Shown: in pieces, positions 1 to 9,385 of the stretch
Layout: each line of letters begins with the position of its first letter
Position numbering within the stretch: position 1 is the first letter of the stretch
Origin: an uncultured Verrucomicrobiota bacterium
GTDB taxonomy: Bacteria; Verrucomicrobiota; Kiritimatiellia; JAAZAB01
NCBI GenBank assembly: GCA_964630555.1
Contig: CAZVVD010000003.1
Span: forward strand, 1-61,457
DNA length: 61,457 nt
Reading direction: 5' to 3'
The notes under the pieces: generated by a model
What the model was told of the DNA's origin: nothing
The model's database searches: none
Seen by the model: only the letters and a program-made list of their open reading frames with translations
Program-made: the position numbers and the translations under genes

Positions 1-122
1 ACGGGCTGACCGCCGGCGGCCCCTGACCGGCGCCGCCGCCGGAGGTCTGGCGGCGGAGGCACAACGGGCAACATCCCGCCGAAAGGCGGAAGGAAAAACG
101 ATTCAAGGACCCTTGGCGAACC

Positions 123-3100
123 ATGACCAGCGCCTGCCATTACCTATTGCCTGCGGAAGTGCCGGTCTTCGCGCTTTACCTGGCGGCGGCGGTCGGGTGC
201 TATCTCTGGGGCCGCCTTTACTGGACGGCCGTCCTGGCCCCGGACCGGCGGCCGCCCCTGGGCGGGGTGGGCCTGCGCGTGCTGGCGGGCTTTGCCGCCC
301 TGACGATCGCGGCCCAGGCCCTGCAACGCCACCTGGTTTTCGCCACCTCCTGGCCGCTCTGGCCGATCCTGCTGGCCGGCGCCGGGCTGGTGGAACTCAT
401 CGTCATCCTGTACCAGCGCGAGCAAGCCCACCTCCAGCCGCGCCGCGTGCGCCGCCTGCTGACCGCGACGCGGGTCCTGCTGGTCCTGGCGCTGATCTTC
501 ATCCTGGTCCAGCCCGGGTGTTCCTGGGAACAGCGCCGCACGGTGCGGCGCCAGGTGGCCATCCTGCTGGACACCAGCGCGTCCATGTGCGTTCCCGACA
601 ACCAGGCCACGCCGGCCGAGCAGGTGCGCCTGGCCCACCTGCTGGGCCTGACGAACATCCCACCGCCCAGCGCCTTCATCGAGCACGCCATCCGGCTAAA
701 GGAGCTCGGCCAGCGGCTGAACGCGCAGGCCGACGGCCTGGCAACCCTGGCCGGCGGCGTCGAGGGAGACACGCTCAAAAACCTGCGCAAGCAGCGCCGC
801 GACCTGGACCGGACCTTGGACGCGGCCCAGGAGGAGATCACCCGCCAGACCAACGGGCTGGCCTCCGTCTGGGCGGCGCAGGGCTCGGCGCTCCAGGCCA
901 CCTTGAGGCAGCATGCCGGCCAGTTCACCACCAACGCGCAAGCCCGGCTGAACGATCTCCGCCAGCGGCTTGCCGCCGCGCTGGCGGACCGCGGGGCGAC
1001 CAATCTCGCGGCCCGGTCCGGCCTGCTCGCGCGGGATTTCCGCGCGGCGGCGGCGGCCCTGGCGGCGATGGAGCCCAAGCTGGTCGCGCTGGCTGACCAG
1101 CTGGACGACGCCCTCTACGCCGCCCTGGCCGACCCGGAACGGGCCGCGGTGGAAGCGCTGGCGGCCAGAAAGCGGGTGGAACTCGCCGGCCAGCTGCTGG
1201 GCCGGCCGACGCGCCTGCGGGGCAAGGATCCGGAGATCCTCCTCGAGCGGCTGGGCAAAGACTACGGGCTTCGGCTCTACACCTTCGGCGCCAAGGCCGA
1301 GGAAACGGACGCCCAGCATCTGCCGAGTCTGGTGGCTGCCGCCGTCAACCGGCCCATCACCAACGCCGCCGGGCTGAGCACCGACCTGGCCGCGGCCCTG
1401 GAGCAGGCGGCGGTGGACACGCCGGCCGAGCAGCTGGCCGGGATCCTGGTCTTGACGGACGGCAATCACAACGCAGCCAAACCCATCGAGCCGATCCTGC
1501 GGACCCTGGGCCTCCACGCGCTGCCGGTGAGCACCGTCGTTTTCGGCGGCAACCGCCAGCCGCCCGCCGACGCCGCCATCGCGGCCCTGGAGGCGCCGGC
1601 AGCCGTCAGCACCAACGACCGGGTCAACCTCGTGGCCCACCTTAAGCTGGACGGCGTATCGCAAACCTCGCTAACCGTCAACCTCTACCGGGACGACGCC
1701 CTGATCAGCTCCCAGTCGGTCACGGCGGCCTCGGCCGCCTTTCGCTCGCGCATCCCCCTGGGCGACGTGCCCCGGAGCAACGGGCTGACGACCTACCGGG
1801 TCACGGTCCAGGCCGTCAGCAACGACGTGATCCCGGAAAACAACCGCATGGCAGCGCCGGTCTACGTCGCGGCGGAGCAGACCCGGGTGCTGATGGCGGA
1901 TGGCTGGCCGCGCTGGGAATTCCGCTACCTGAAAAACCTTTTTTCGGCGCGGGACAACGCCGTGCGTTTCCAATACATCCTCTTCCATCCCGACCAGGTT
2001 GACCAAGCCCCGCCCCGCGCGGCGCAACCCGCCTCGGCGGGGCGGTCGGCGGACGATTCCGAGGCCACGGCCTGGCCGGCCAGTCCTGCCGACTGGATGG
2101 CGTTCGACGTGATCATCCTGGGAGACATCGAGCGCGACCTGCTGTCCGACGCCGAGCTGGGGATCCTCAAGGACTTCGTCCTCACCCGGGGCGGGACGCT
2201 GGTGGTCATCGCCGGCCCCATGAGCATGCCGGGCGCCTTCACGCAAGCCGCGCTGGCCGAGCTCCTGCCGGTGACCGTGCCGCCGCCCAACCCGGCGCTG
2301 CCCTCCGGCGGACCTGAGGAGGAATACCGTCTCGTGCTCACCAGTGAGGGGCGGGACAGTCCACTCCTGCGGCTGGCGCTGGACCCGGAGCAGAACGTCG
2401 CGCTTTGGAACACCATGCCCGATCTGTTCTGGCGCCACGCCATCCAGGGCCTCAAGCCCGGCGCCACGGTCCTGGCCTACGCCCTGCCCCTCTTGGCGCC
2501 GGAATTCATGCGCCGCCCCGTGCCCACCGCCGAGGAGCTCGAACGCCGCCGGCAATTCGAGAAGGACCATGCCCTGATCGTGACCCAGCCGGCCGGCGCC
2601 GGCCGGGTCCTGTTCATGGCCTTCGACGAGACCTGGCGTTTCCGCTACCGGGAGGGCGACCTTTGGCATCACAAGTTCTGGGGCCAGGTCCAGCGCTGGG
2701 CCACCGCCGACAAGCTGCCGTTCGGTTCCGGCGGCCTCCGCATGGGCACAGACCAGTGGGTCTACGCGCCGGGCGCCCCGGTCCGCGTGCGTGTCCGGGC
2801 GGTCCAAGCGGACTTTTCGCCGGTCGCCGGCTTGAACATCGCGGTGCGGTGCGTGCGGCGCGGGACCGGCTCCAGCTCGGACAAGCCCCTGCGCAAAACC
2901 CTCAGCCCGGAACCGGGCGTTCCCGGAAGCTACGCCGCCACCCTGGGTGCTTTCCCTGAGGGGCGCTACGAACTCACGCTCGATCCCCGATCATCGCGGG
3001 CCCTGTCGTCCCTGGCCGGCGAGCCGGTCACGGGGGAATTCGCGGTGCAGGCGGGCGCATCCGCCGAACTCATCAACCTGGCCGCGGACCGCGGGCTGTT

Positions 3101-3302
3101 GCAGCGCATGGCCGACCTCACCGGTGGCGGGGTGGCCGACCCGCCGCGCACCCGCGATGTCCTTGACACGCTGGCCGCTCCGACCTTAGAGCGCATCGAG
3201 CGCCGGCACCACAATCTCTGGACTTCCTGGATGGTCTGGAGCATCATCGTAGGGTTGGGAACGTTGGAATGGGCGACCCGCAAGCGGAAGGGCCTGCCAT
3301 GA
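123..3302 (+). CDS. BatB-like multi-pass membrane protein with a vWA-like domain split by a long helical insert, a class-I amidotransferase-like (ThuA/DUF1355-like) region and a C-terminal TM anchor. Paralogue of 36086..38302.
   Basis: ORF track, 1059 aa. N-terminal TM helices. MIDAS-like VAILLDTSASM and ILVLTDGNHN are separated by a roughly 230-aa A/L/Q-rich helical insert. TRVLMADGWPRWEFRYLKNLF ... FDVIILGDI ... GGTLVVIAG block. The C-terminus LWTSWMVWSIIVGLGTLEWATRKRKGLP mirrors LWNRAWVLSLLLGLLGLEWLIRRRNGLL of 36086..38302. The stop overlaps the next start (ATGA at 3299-3302). Confidence 0.75.
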   Translation: MTSACHYLLPAEVPVFALYLAAAVGCYLWGRLYWTAVLAPDRRPPLGGVGLRVLAGFAALTIAAQALQRHLVFATSWPLWPILLAGAGLVELIVILYQREQAHLQPRRVRRLLTATRVLLVLALIFILVQPGCSWEQRRTVRRQVAILLDTSASMCVPDNQATPAEQVRLAHLLGLTNIPPPSAFIEHAIRLKELGQRLNAQADGLATLAGGVEGDTLKNLRKQRRDLDRTLDAAQEEITRQTNGLASVWAAQGSALQATLRQHAGQFTTNAQARLNDLRQRLAAALADRGATNLAARSGLLARDFRAAAAALAAMEPKLVALADQLDDALYAALADPERAAVEALAARKRVELAGQLLGRPTRLRGKDPEILLERLGKDYGLRLYTFGAKAEETDAQHLPSLVAAAVNRPITNAAGLSTDLAAALEQAAVDTPAEQLAGILVLTDGNHNAAKPIEPILRTLGLHALPVSTVVFGGNRQPPADAAIAALEAPAAVSTNDRVNLVAHLKLDGVSQTSLTVNLYRDDALISSQSVTAASAAFRSRIPLGDVPRSNGLTTYRVTVQAVSNDVIPENNRMAAPVYVAAEQTRVLMADGWPRWEFRYLKNLFSARDNAVRFQYILFHPDQVDQAPPRAAQPASAGRSADDSEATAWPASPADWMAFDVIILGDIERDLLSDAELGILKDFVLTRGGTLVVIAGPMSMPGAFTQAALAELLPVTVPPPNPALPSGGPEEEYRLVLTSEGRDSPLLRLALDPEQNVALWNTMPDLFWRHAIQGLKPGATVLAYALPLLAPEFMRRPVPTAEELERRRQFEKDHALIVTQPAGAGRVLFMAFDETWRFRYREGDLWHHKFWGQVQRWATADKLPFGSGGLRMGTDQWVYAPGAPVRVRVRAVQADFSPVAGLNIAVRCVRRGTGSSSDKPLRKTLSPEPGVPGSYAATLGAFPEGRYELTLDPRSSRALSSLAGEPVTGEFAVQAGASAELINLAADRGLLQRMADLTGGGVADPPRTRDVLDTLAAPTLERIERRHHNLWTSWMVWSIIVGLGTLEWATRKRKGLP

Positions 3303-6300
3303 ACACGATTCCGGATCCCATTGTCGCTCTCCTGCGGCAGACCATCCGGCGGGCGCGGACGGTCGTGATCTGGCGCGGGGCCTGCGCGGTGACCGCCATC
3401 GGCCTGGGCGCCTTCCTGCTGGTCATGGCGGCCGACGCCGTCCTGATCCTCAACACCTGGCTGCGCTACGCCCTGAGCTTCCCGGCCTACGCCGTCACCC
3501 TGGCAGCCGTTTTCCGCTTTCTGATCCGCCCGCTGGCGCGCACCTTCAGCCTGGGCGGCATGGCGCGCCTCATCGAGATGAACCACCCGGAAATGCAGGA
3601 GCGCCTGAGTTCATCCGTTGAACTGCTGATGGCCGCCGGGGACCGCCGGGCCGTGCGCGGGTCGGAGGCCCTGATCAACGCCCTGGCCGCCGAGGCCGTG
3701 CGGGATGCCCGCCGCGTGCGGCCCAGGCAGGAAGTCAGCCCGCGGGCCGCCGCACCCTACTTCGCGGCCGCCGCCGGCTTGACCCTGGTGCTGGCCAGCC
3801 TGTTCGCGGCCCTTCCGCGGCAGACCGCCTGTCTGCTGGCCCGCGCCGCGGCGCCCTTCCTGAACCTGCCCAACGTCCATGGCATCACCCTGTCCGTTTC
3901 CCCCGGTGACACCGTTCTCGTCGCCGGCGGGAGCGTGGATGTGCAGGTCACGCTGACCTCCCCGCGCAACCTCGGCGTCAAGCTGCGCCAGTTCACGGCC
4001 GACGGGACCATGACCCGGCACAACCTCAGCCCGGGCGCAGCCGAGAAAGGCCGGGTTGTCTTCAGAAAAGCCTTCGACGACGTGCAGGCGGCCTTCCGGT
4101 ACCAGGTCCAGGCCGGCAATGCTCTCAGCCGCATCTACAGCGTTAAGGTCCTTTACCCCCCGCGCGTCCGGCAGGTGGACATCCGCTACGATTACCCGCC
4201 CTACACCCAGCTTGCCCCCCTGCTGCTGAGCAACAGCGCCGGCGACATCCAGGCGGTCGCCGGCGCCGCGGTCACGGTGAGCGCCGTCCTGAATCAATGG
4301 GTGCCCAGCGCCGTCGTGGAGGTTGAACGCCGGCTCCCCGGTGTGGCGGCGGCCGGCAACCTGGCGAAGCCCGCGGCCGCGGGCTCCAACGCGCCGGCGG
4401 CCGAACTGCTGTTCGCCGTCACCGGCGCCGTCTCCAGGGCCGATTCCAACCTCTTCCGCAGCGTGTTCACCTGGACCATGCCGCCGGCCCTGGCCGGCGA
4501 CTGGCGGGTCAAACTGCTCAACCAGCAAGGGCTTCCCGGCGCCCCCTTCCAGCGCCAGATCCGCACCGACCCGGACCAGGCGCCGGGGGTGCACATCCTC
4601 CACCCGGAACAGAAGCAGTTCCAGCTCAACCCGACCGATCTCATGCCCCTGGTGTTCGCGGCCAACGACGATTACGGCCTGGCATCCGTGGACCTGCTGC
4701 TCGAAGTGGACGGCCGGAGCCAGTCCCCGCAGCGCTTGTGGACCCTGGCCGCGGGCAGCACCCAGGCGGTCAAAACGGTCGGCCGGCAGGTTCTGCTGGA
4801 GATGGCCCAGTTTCCCGCCGCCAGGCAGGTCAAACTGCAATTGCAGGCCACCGACATCCTGCCGTCCGGCGCCCAGGCCGGCCTTTCCGATACCTGCCTG
4901 ATCACCCTCGGCCCGAAAGTGGCGCCCTTCGAGCGCCAAGCCCTGGAAAGCCAGGAAAAAAGCCTGCGCGCGGCCCTGACCCAGATTCACACCCAGCTGG
5001 TATCCGCCAAGGTCCTGGCCCAGCCCCTGCCCGGGGTGCTGGCGGCGGAGAAGACCTTGCCCGCCGCCACCGCCAAGCAGATCGAGCAAATGCGGCGCAA
5101 CCTGAGCACGGCGGAGAGCGCGGCTCACGATGCCGCGGAGCGCATGCGCGGGGGCTACTACCAATCCCTTTCCGAGCGCCTGAAGGCCCTGGCCGACACC
5201 TCCCTGACCCGGGCCGAGAGCCTGACCGACCAGATCAAGCTGGCCGACCTGCCGGACCAGCGCGGCGAATTGGCCGACCGCGTCAACCTTGAAATCAACA
5301 ACTCCCTGACCGAAGTGGCCGACATGCTCAAGCAATTCGACCTTGCCACGGCCGCCATGCGCGACGCCATGGACCTCGACCAGATGGCCAAGGAGCAGAA
5401 AGACCTGGCCCAAGCCCGGCTGGCCATGGAACGCGCCAACCCGACCGCCAGCAACGCGCCGGCCCTTTCGGAAAAGGAGTGGAAAGCCTCCGAGGAGAAA
5501 ATCGCCGACCGCCTGGCCGCCATGGTGCGCAAGGACCCCGGCCTGGCGAGAGAGGTCATGGACCAAGCCAGGCAAAAGACGGCGGACTCCCTGGCCGAAG
5601 CCCAACGCCTGGCGGCGCGCCAGGCCGACTTGTCCCGCGCCCTGACCAACAGCGCCGACGACATCCGCCGCCGGAACCGGGAACTGCAGGCCCTGGGCGA
5701 CCGCCAAAAGCGGCTCGCGGACAGGGCGCAGACGGAACGGATGGCCAAGCCGGCCGTCGAACCGATGAAGGCCATGGGCGACCATCTCAAGGCCGGCCGT
5801 CTTCCGGAAGCCATCCGCGAGCAGGACCGGATGGCCAAGTCCCTGGCCAACCTGGCCAGGCGGATTGAAGACTTCCTTCCGAACTCGGCGCCTTCCCGGG
5901 ACCCTTTGGCGCAACCGCCCGCCCCCGACCGGCAGGCCGAGGCCGCGGCCCGCCAGGCGGCGGAAGCGGCCCGGCAGGCTCAGGCCGCCGCCAAGTCGGC
6001 CCAGAACGCCGAGGAGCAGGCCCAGGCGCGGCTGAAAAAAGCCGAGCGCCTGGCGCAAGACACCGCCCCGCTGCGCTACGAATCGCTGGCCGAGGAAATG
6101 AACAGCCAGCGGGATGAAGCCCGGCAGGCGGCCGCCGCGGTATCCGCGCTGGCCCGCCAGGCTGAAAACGCGGCCAATCAATCCGAGCAGGCGGCCCGGC
6201 AAGCGCGCGCAGCGGCGGACCAGGCGACGGCGCCCGGCGAGGCCGAGCCCGCCGTTCAACAGCACGCCGCGGCAGCCGGGCAAAACGCCCAGGAAGCGCG

Positions 6301-9300
6301 CAAACACGCCGACCAGGCGATGCAAGCGGCCTGGCAGGCCCGGCAGGCGGCGGCCGAACCGGAAGCTCCCGCCGTCCGCGCCGCCGCGGCGGCACGCATG
6401 GCCGCGCAGGCGGCGCTGGACGCCGAGCAGGCGGCGCTGCAGTCCCAACAGGCGGAAAACCAGTTGGCCCGGCAGGTTGAACAGGCGCACCAGACGGAGC
6501 TGGCGGCGCGCCAGGCCGGGGACGAAGAGCAGGCGCAGCAGGCGGTCCGACAGGCCGACCACAAGGAAAACCTCGGACGCCAGGCGCAACAGGCGCGCCA
6601 GCAGGCGCAGCAGGCGGCCCGGCAGGCGGCCCAGTCCGCCCAGGCGGCCCAGGCGGCGGCAGAGCAAAGCGCTTCCACTCCATCGCCAAGGGAGTCGCGC
6701 AAGCAGGCGGGCCTGGCCGAACAAAAAGCCGCGGAAGCGGCCCAGCACCAGGCCCAGGCCGCGCAGGCGGCCCAGCAGGCCCGGCAGGCGGCCTCAGAGT
6801 TGAGTCCGCAGGATCTCGCCCAGCAGGCGGCGCAGATGGCCGAACAGGCTTCGGAGGATGCCCGGCAAAGCATCGAGGCGGCTCAGCAGGCGGCCCAACA
6901 GGCGGCCGGCAACGCCCAACAGGCCGAGCACCTGGCCCGGGCCGCCCAGCAGGAACAGAAGCCGGACCTGGCCCGGACCTTGGCGAGCCAGGCACAGCAG
7001 GCCGAAGAAATCAACCACCACACGCAAACCGCCTTGAAGAACGCCGAACGCGCCAACCAGGCCGCCCAGTCTGAAGCCGCCAGGGCCCGGGAGGCAGCTG
7101 CCCAAGCCGGTCAAGCCCCGAACAACCAGGCGGCAGGACAAAAAGCCCACAACGCCATGCAGCATGCCGAGCAGGCGCTGAACCTGGCGCAACAGGCGCG
7201 CCAGGCGGCCCGGCAGGCGGCGGCTGGCGCTATGCAGACGGCGCACAACATGGACAGCGCGCGCTCCATGGCCCAGCAGGCCTCCCAGCTGGCCGACCTG
7301 GCCAAGAGCCTGGCACAGCAGGCGGCCGAACAGGCGCAGCAGGCGGCCCAGGAAGCGGCGCAGGCCCAGCACCGGGCAAACCAAGCCGCCGCCGAAAAAG
7401 CCGCAATGAAACAGGATGGCGGCAAAGAGGCGGGCGGCGAGAAAAGCGGCGGGGAAAAGGGCGGCGGCAAAGAGGCGGGCGGCGAGAAAAGCAGCGGGGA
7501 AAAGGGTGGCGGCAAAGAGGCGGGCGGCGAGAAAGGCAGCGGGGAAAAGAGCGGCGGCAAAGAGGCAGGCGGTGAGAAAGGCAGCGGGGAAAAGAGCGGC
7601 GGCAAAGAGGCGGGCGGCGAGAAAAGCGGCGGGGAAAAGAGCGGCGGCAAAGAGGCGGGCGGCGAGAAAGGCAGCGGAAAAGGCAAGGGTAAGGGCGAAG
7701 GACAAGGCAAAGGTCAAGGTGAAGGGCAAGGAAAAGGCCAGGGCAAGGGACAAGGCCAGGGACAGGGACAAGGGGGGGGTCCCAGCCAGGCTGAAGTCGC
7801 GAGCCAGGCGGCCCAGGCGGCGCAACAGGCGGCCAAGCAGGCCGCCCAAGCCGCGCAACAGGCCCAGCAGGCCAACAAGCAAGCGGCCAAGTCCGCTTCC
7901 CTGCCGGCTGCTCAGCAGTCCTCCCGGCAGGCCCAGCGGTCGGCCGGGGATGCCCAGCAGGCGGCCTGGCAAGCGCAGGAAGCCATGTTGGCAGCCAGGC
8001 AAGCGCAGGCGGCCTTGCAGGCGGAAGCCATCCAGGCGCTGGCCGAGCAGCAGGCGGCCTTGCAGGAAGACACCCTGGCGCTGCAGGACCAGCAAGCCCG
8101 GGAGTTCCGGCAACTGCAAGCCGACAACCTGCGGATGCTGCAGGACAATCAAAAGGGGATCGTCCAAGAACTTTCCGACACGCTGGAACTGGCCAATGAG
8201 ACCACGCCCCATCTTGCCGACGACGCGTTACGCGCCCTAACCCTGGCCAGGCAGATCGCCGAGGCCCTGCAGCGCGGCCAGCTGGCCGCAGCCCGAACCC
8301 AGGCGGAACTGGCCGCCGGCGACATGCAGCAACTCGCGCACAAGCTGGAGGACGCCGCCTTGGCCTATTCCTCCCACCCGATGGACCCGCAGACGGACCC
8401 GATCAACGACCTGATTGGCGCCGCCGATATGGTCGATGCCGCGGCCGCCCGCCAAAAGCGGATGGCCGACAATCTGCACCTGGCGACGCGCGACAACCCC
8501 ATCGCCCCGCTGGCCATCCGACAGGCCGACCTGTCCGACGAGGTTACCGGCCTGGAAATGAACGCCCGGCTATTGCAGGACCACTTGGGCGATCTCAGCA
8601 TACCGGTTCCACCCCAGGCACCCCAGGCGGCCAGCCAGCTGAACCAGGCGACCACGATGGCCGGACAGGCGGCCAAGCACATGCGTCCCCTGGCCTCAGC
8701 TGCGCCGGGCGCGCCGGTCGACCCAGGGCAGGTCAATCTCAGCCAGCAGGCCCAGCAGACCGCGGCGCAGGCGCTTCAGCAATCCTCGCAATCGCTTGAC
8801 GCGCTCGGCAAGGCGCTGTCGGCAAGTCAGCCGCCGTCCTCGGGCGCGCCGCCGTCTTCATCCGCTCCGCCGTCGGCGGACGCGCCCCCCCCGGCTTCCC
8901 CCACGCAAGGGAAGGGCGAAGGGTCCGGCTCGGGCCCGGGCCAGGCGGGCTCTTCGGAAAGCCAGCCGGCGGGTCCCGATCCAAACCTGATCAACGCCTA
9001 CCTGCAGGCCGCGCAGACTGCGGCCGGCGGCAAGGGCGCCCACGCCGTCAGCACAGCGCAAGCCCTGGCCGCCGCGGCGCAATCGGCGGCGGAGCGCGCC
9101 CAGCAGGCGGGGGCCAACCCCAACGCGCGGGGAGGCTCCGATCCGAATACCCGTTGGGACAGTCGGCCGACGGCGGTCGGCGAGGACGCCCTGCGCCAGG
9201 CATTCGGCTCGGCCATGCGCGACTGGAAAAACCTGCCCGACGAACTGCGCGACGAAATCCTGCAGGCGGCCGAGACCGAGGGCCCCGAGGAATACCGCCT

Positions 9301-9355
9301 GATGATCCGGCAGTATTTCCGGGAAATGCTGGACCCGCAGGCGGGCGCATTGTAG
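3299..9355 (+). CDS. Giant (2,018 aa) DUF4175-like membrane-anchored coiled-coil protein with a Q/A-rich low-complexity core, Gly/Lys/Glu tandem repeats and an S/P-rich segment.
   Basis: ORF track 3269..9355. I moved the start to ATG 3299 (MNTIPDP), which overlaps the upstream stop. N-terminal TM hairpin. Beta-rich region with a DDYGL motif. Helical region from about 4930 to 8750. The C-terminal EEYRLMIRQYF motif matches EKYREALKRYF of 38321..41110. Confidence 0.8.
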   Translation: MNTIPDPIVALLRQTIRRARTVVIWRGACAVTAIGLGAFLLVMAADAVLILNTWLRYALSFPAYAVTLAAVFRFLIRPLARTFSLGGMARLIEMNHPEMQERLSSSVELLMAAGDRRAVRGSEALINALAAEAVRDARRVRPRQEVSPRAAAPYFAAAAGLTLVLASLFAALPRQTACLLARAAAPFLNLPNVHGITLSVSPGDTVLVAGGSVDVQVTLTSPRNLGVKLRQFTADGTMTRHNLSPGAAEKGRVVFRKAFDDVQAAFRYQVQAGNALSRIYSVKVLYPPRVRQVDIRYDYPPYTQLAPLLLSNSAGDIQAVAGAAVTVSAVLNQWVPSAVVEVERRLPGVAAAGNLAKPAAAGSNAPAAELLFAVTGAVSRADSNLFRSVFTWTMPPALAGDWRVKLLNQQGLPGAPFQRQIRTDPDQAPGVHILHPEQKQFQLNPTDLMPLVFAANDDYGLASVDLLLEVDGRSQSPQRLWTLAAGSTQAVKTVGRQVLLEMAQFPAARQVKLQLQATDILPSGAQAGLSDTCLITLGPKVAPFERQALESQEKSLRAALTQIHTQLVSAKVLAQPLPGVLAAEKTLPAATAKQIEQMRRNLSTAESAAHDAAERMRGGYYQSLSERLKALADTSLTRAESLTDQIKLADLPDQRGELADRVNLEINNSLTEVADMLKQFDLATAAMRDAMDLDQMAKEQKDLAQARLAMERANPTASNAPALSEKEWKASEEKIADRLAAMVRKDPGLAREVMDQARQKTADSLAEAQRLAARQADLSRALTNSADDIRRRNRELQALGDRQKRLADRAQTERMAKPAVEPMKAMGDHLKAGRLPEAIREQDRMAKSLANLARRIEDFLPNSAPSRDPLAQPPAPDRQAEAAARQAAEAARQAQAAAKSAQNAEEQAQARLKKAERLAQDTAPLRYESLAEEMNSQRDEARQAAAAVSALARQAENAANQSEQAARQARAAADQATAPGEAEPAVQQHAAAAGQNAQEARKHADQAMQAAWQARQAAAEPEAPAVRAAAAARMAAQAALDAEQAALQSQQAENQLARQVEQAHQTELAARQAGDEEQAQQAVRQADHKENLGRQAQQARQQAQQAARQAAQSAQAAQAAAEQSASTPSPRESRKQAGLAEQKAAEAAQHQAQAAQAAQQARQAASELSPQDLAQQAAQMAEQASEDARQSIEAAQQAAQQAAGNAQQAEHLARAAQQEQKPDLARTLASQAQQAEEINHHTQTALKNAERANQAAQSEAARAREAAAQAGQAPNNQAAGQKAHNAMQHAEQALNLAQQARQAARQAAAGAMQTAHNMDSARSMAQQASQLADLAKSLAQQAAEQAQQAAQEAAQAQHRANQAAAEKAAMKQDGGKEAGGEKSGGEKGGGKEAGGEKSSGEKGGGKEAGGEKGSGEKSGGKEAGGEKGSGEKSGGKEAGGEKSGGEKSGGKEAGGEKGSGKGKGKGEGQGKGQGEGQGKGQGKGQGQGQGQGGGPSQAEVASQAAQAAQQAAKQAAQAAQQAQQANKQAAKSASLPAAQQSSRQAQRSAGDAQQAAWQAQEAMLAARQAQAALQAEAIQALAEQQAALQEDTLALQDQQAREFRQLQADNLRMLQDNQKGIVQELSDTLELANETTPHLADDALRALTLARQIAEALQRGQLAAARTQAELAAGDMQQLAHKLEDAALAYSSHPMDPQTDPINDLIGAADMVDAAAARQKRMADNLHLATRDNPIAPLAIRQADLSDEVTGLEMNARLLQDHLGDLSIPVPPQAPQAASQLNQATTMAGQAAKHMRPLASAAPGAPVDPGQVNLSQQAQQTAAQALQQSSQSLDALGKALSASQPPSSGAPPSSSAPPSADAPPPASPTQGKGEGSGSGPGQAGSSESQPAGPDPNLINAYLQAAQTAAGGKGAHAVSTAQALAAAAQSAAERAQQAGANPNARGGSDPNTRWDSRPTAVGEDALRQAFGSAMRDWKNLPDELRDEILQAAETEGPEEYRLMIRQYFREMLDPQAGAL
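7418..7780 (+). repeat. In-frame tandem repeat: about 6 copies of a 45-bp unit encoding GGKEAGGEKSGGEK(G/S) at 7418-7687, running into GKGQ/GEGQ micro-repeats up to about 7780.
   Basis: Direct reading. The unit ggcggcaaagaggcgggcggcgagaaaagcggcggggaaaagggc recurs at 7418, 7463, 7508, 7553, 7598 and 7643 with a few substitutions. 7418 is in frame with the 3299 CDS. Confidence 0.9.
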
Positions 9356-9385
9356 TTTCAACCGGGCCATCCGGGGGCTTTTTTC

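Noticed and set aside
3611-6748. A 1,045-aa antisense ORF (with 5787..6995, 6256..6873 and 6794..8212 on the minus strand) opposite the giant coiled-coil gene.
   Set aside because: The translations are R/G/P/L-rich nonsense typical of stop-poor antisense frames in GC-rich, GCN/CAG-repetitive DNA. The plus-strand frame has coherent domain structure, paralogy to 38321..41110 and operon coupling.
7418-7687. Possible CRISPR array, considered for both the 45-bp repeats here and the 82-bp repeats at 54981-55144.
   Set aside because: The repeats are directly abutting with no unique spacers. The first set is in frame inside a CDS. No cas genes are present in the window.
7111-8240. Alternative-frame ORFs across the tandem repeats (PLPFSPPASLPP... 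on the minus strand, AAKRRAARKAAGKR... on the plus strand).
   Set aside because: These are mirror or shifted readings of the same 45-bp repeat. They have no independent start context and sit inside a continuous 2,018-aa frame.
9356-9385. A G-rich stretch followed by a T6 run (ccgggggcttttttc) after the giant gene, considered as an intrinsic terminator.
   Set aside because: I could not form a convincing stem upstream of the T-run. The T-run sits 1 nt before the ATG of the next co-oriented gene, so read-through and coupling are more likely.
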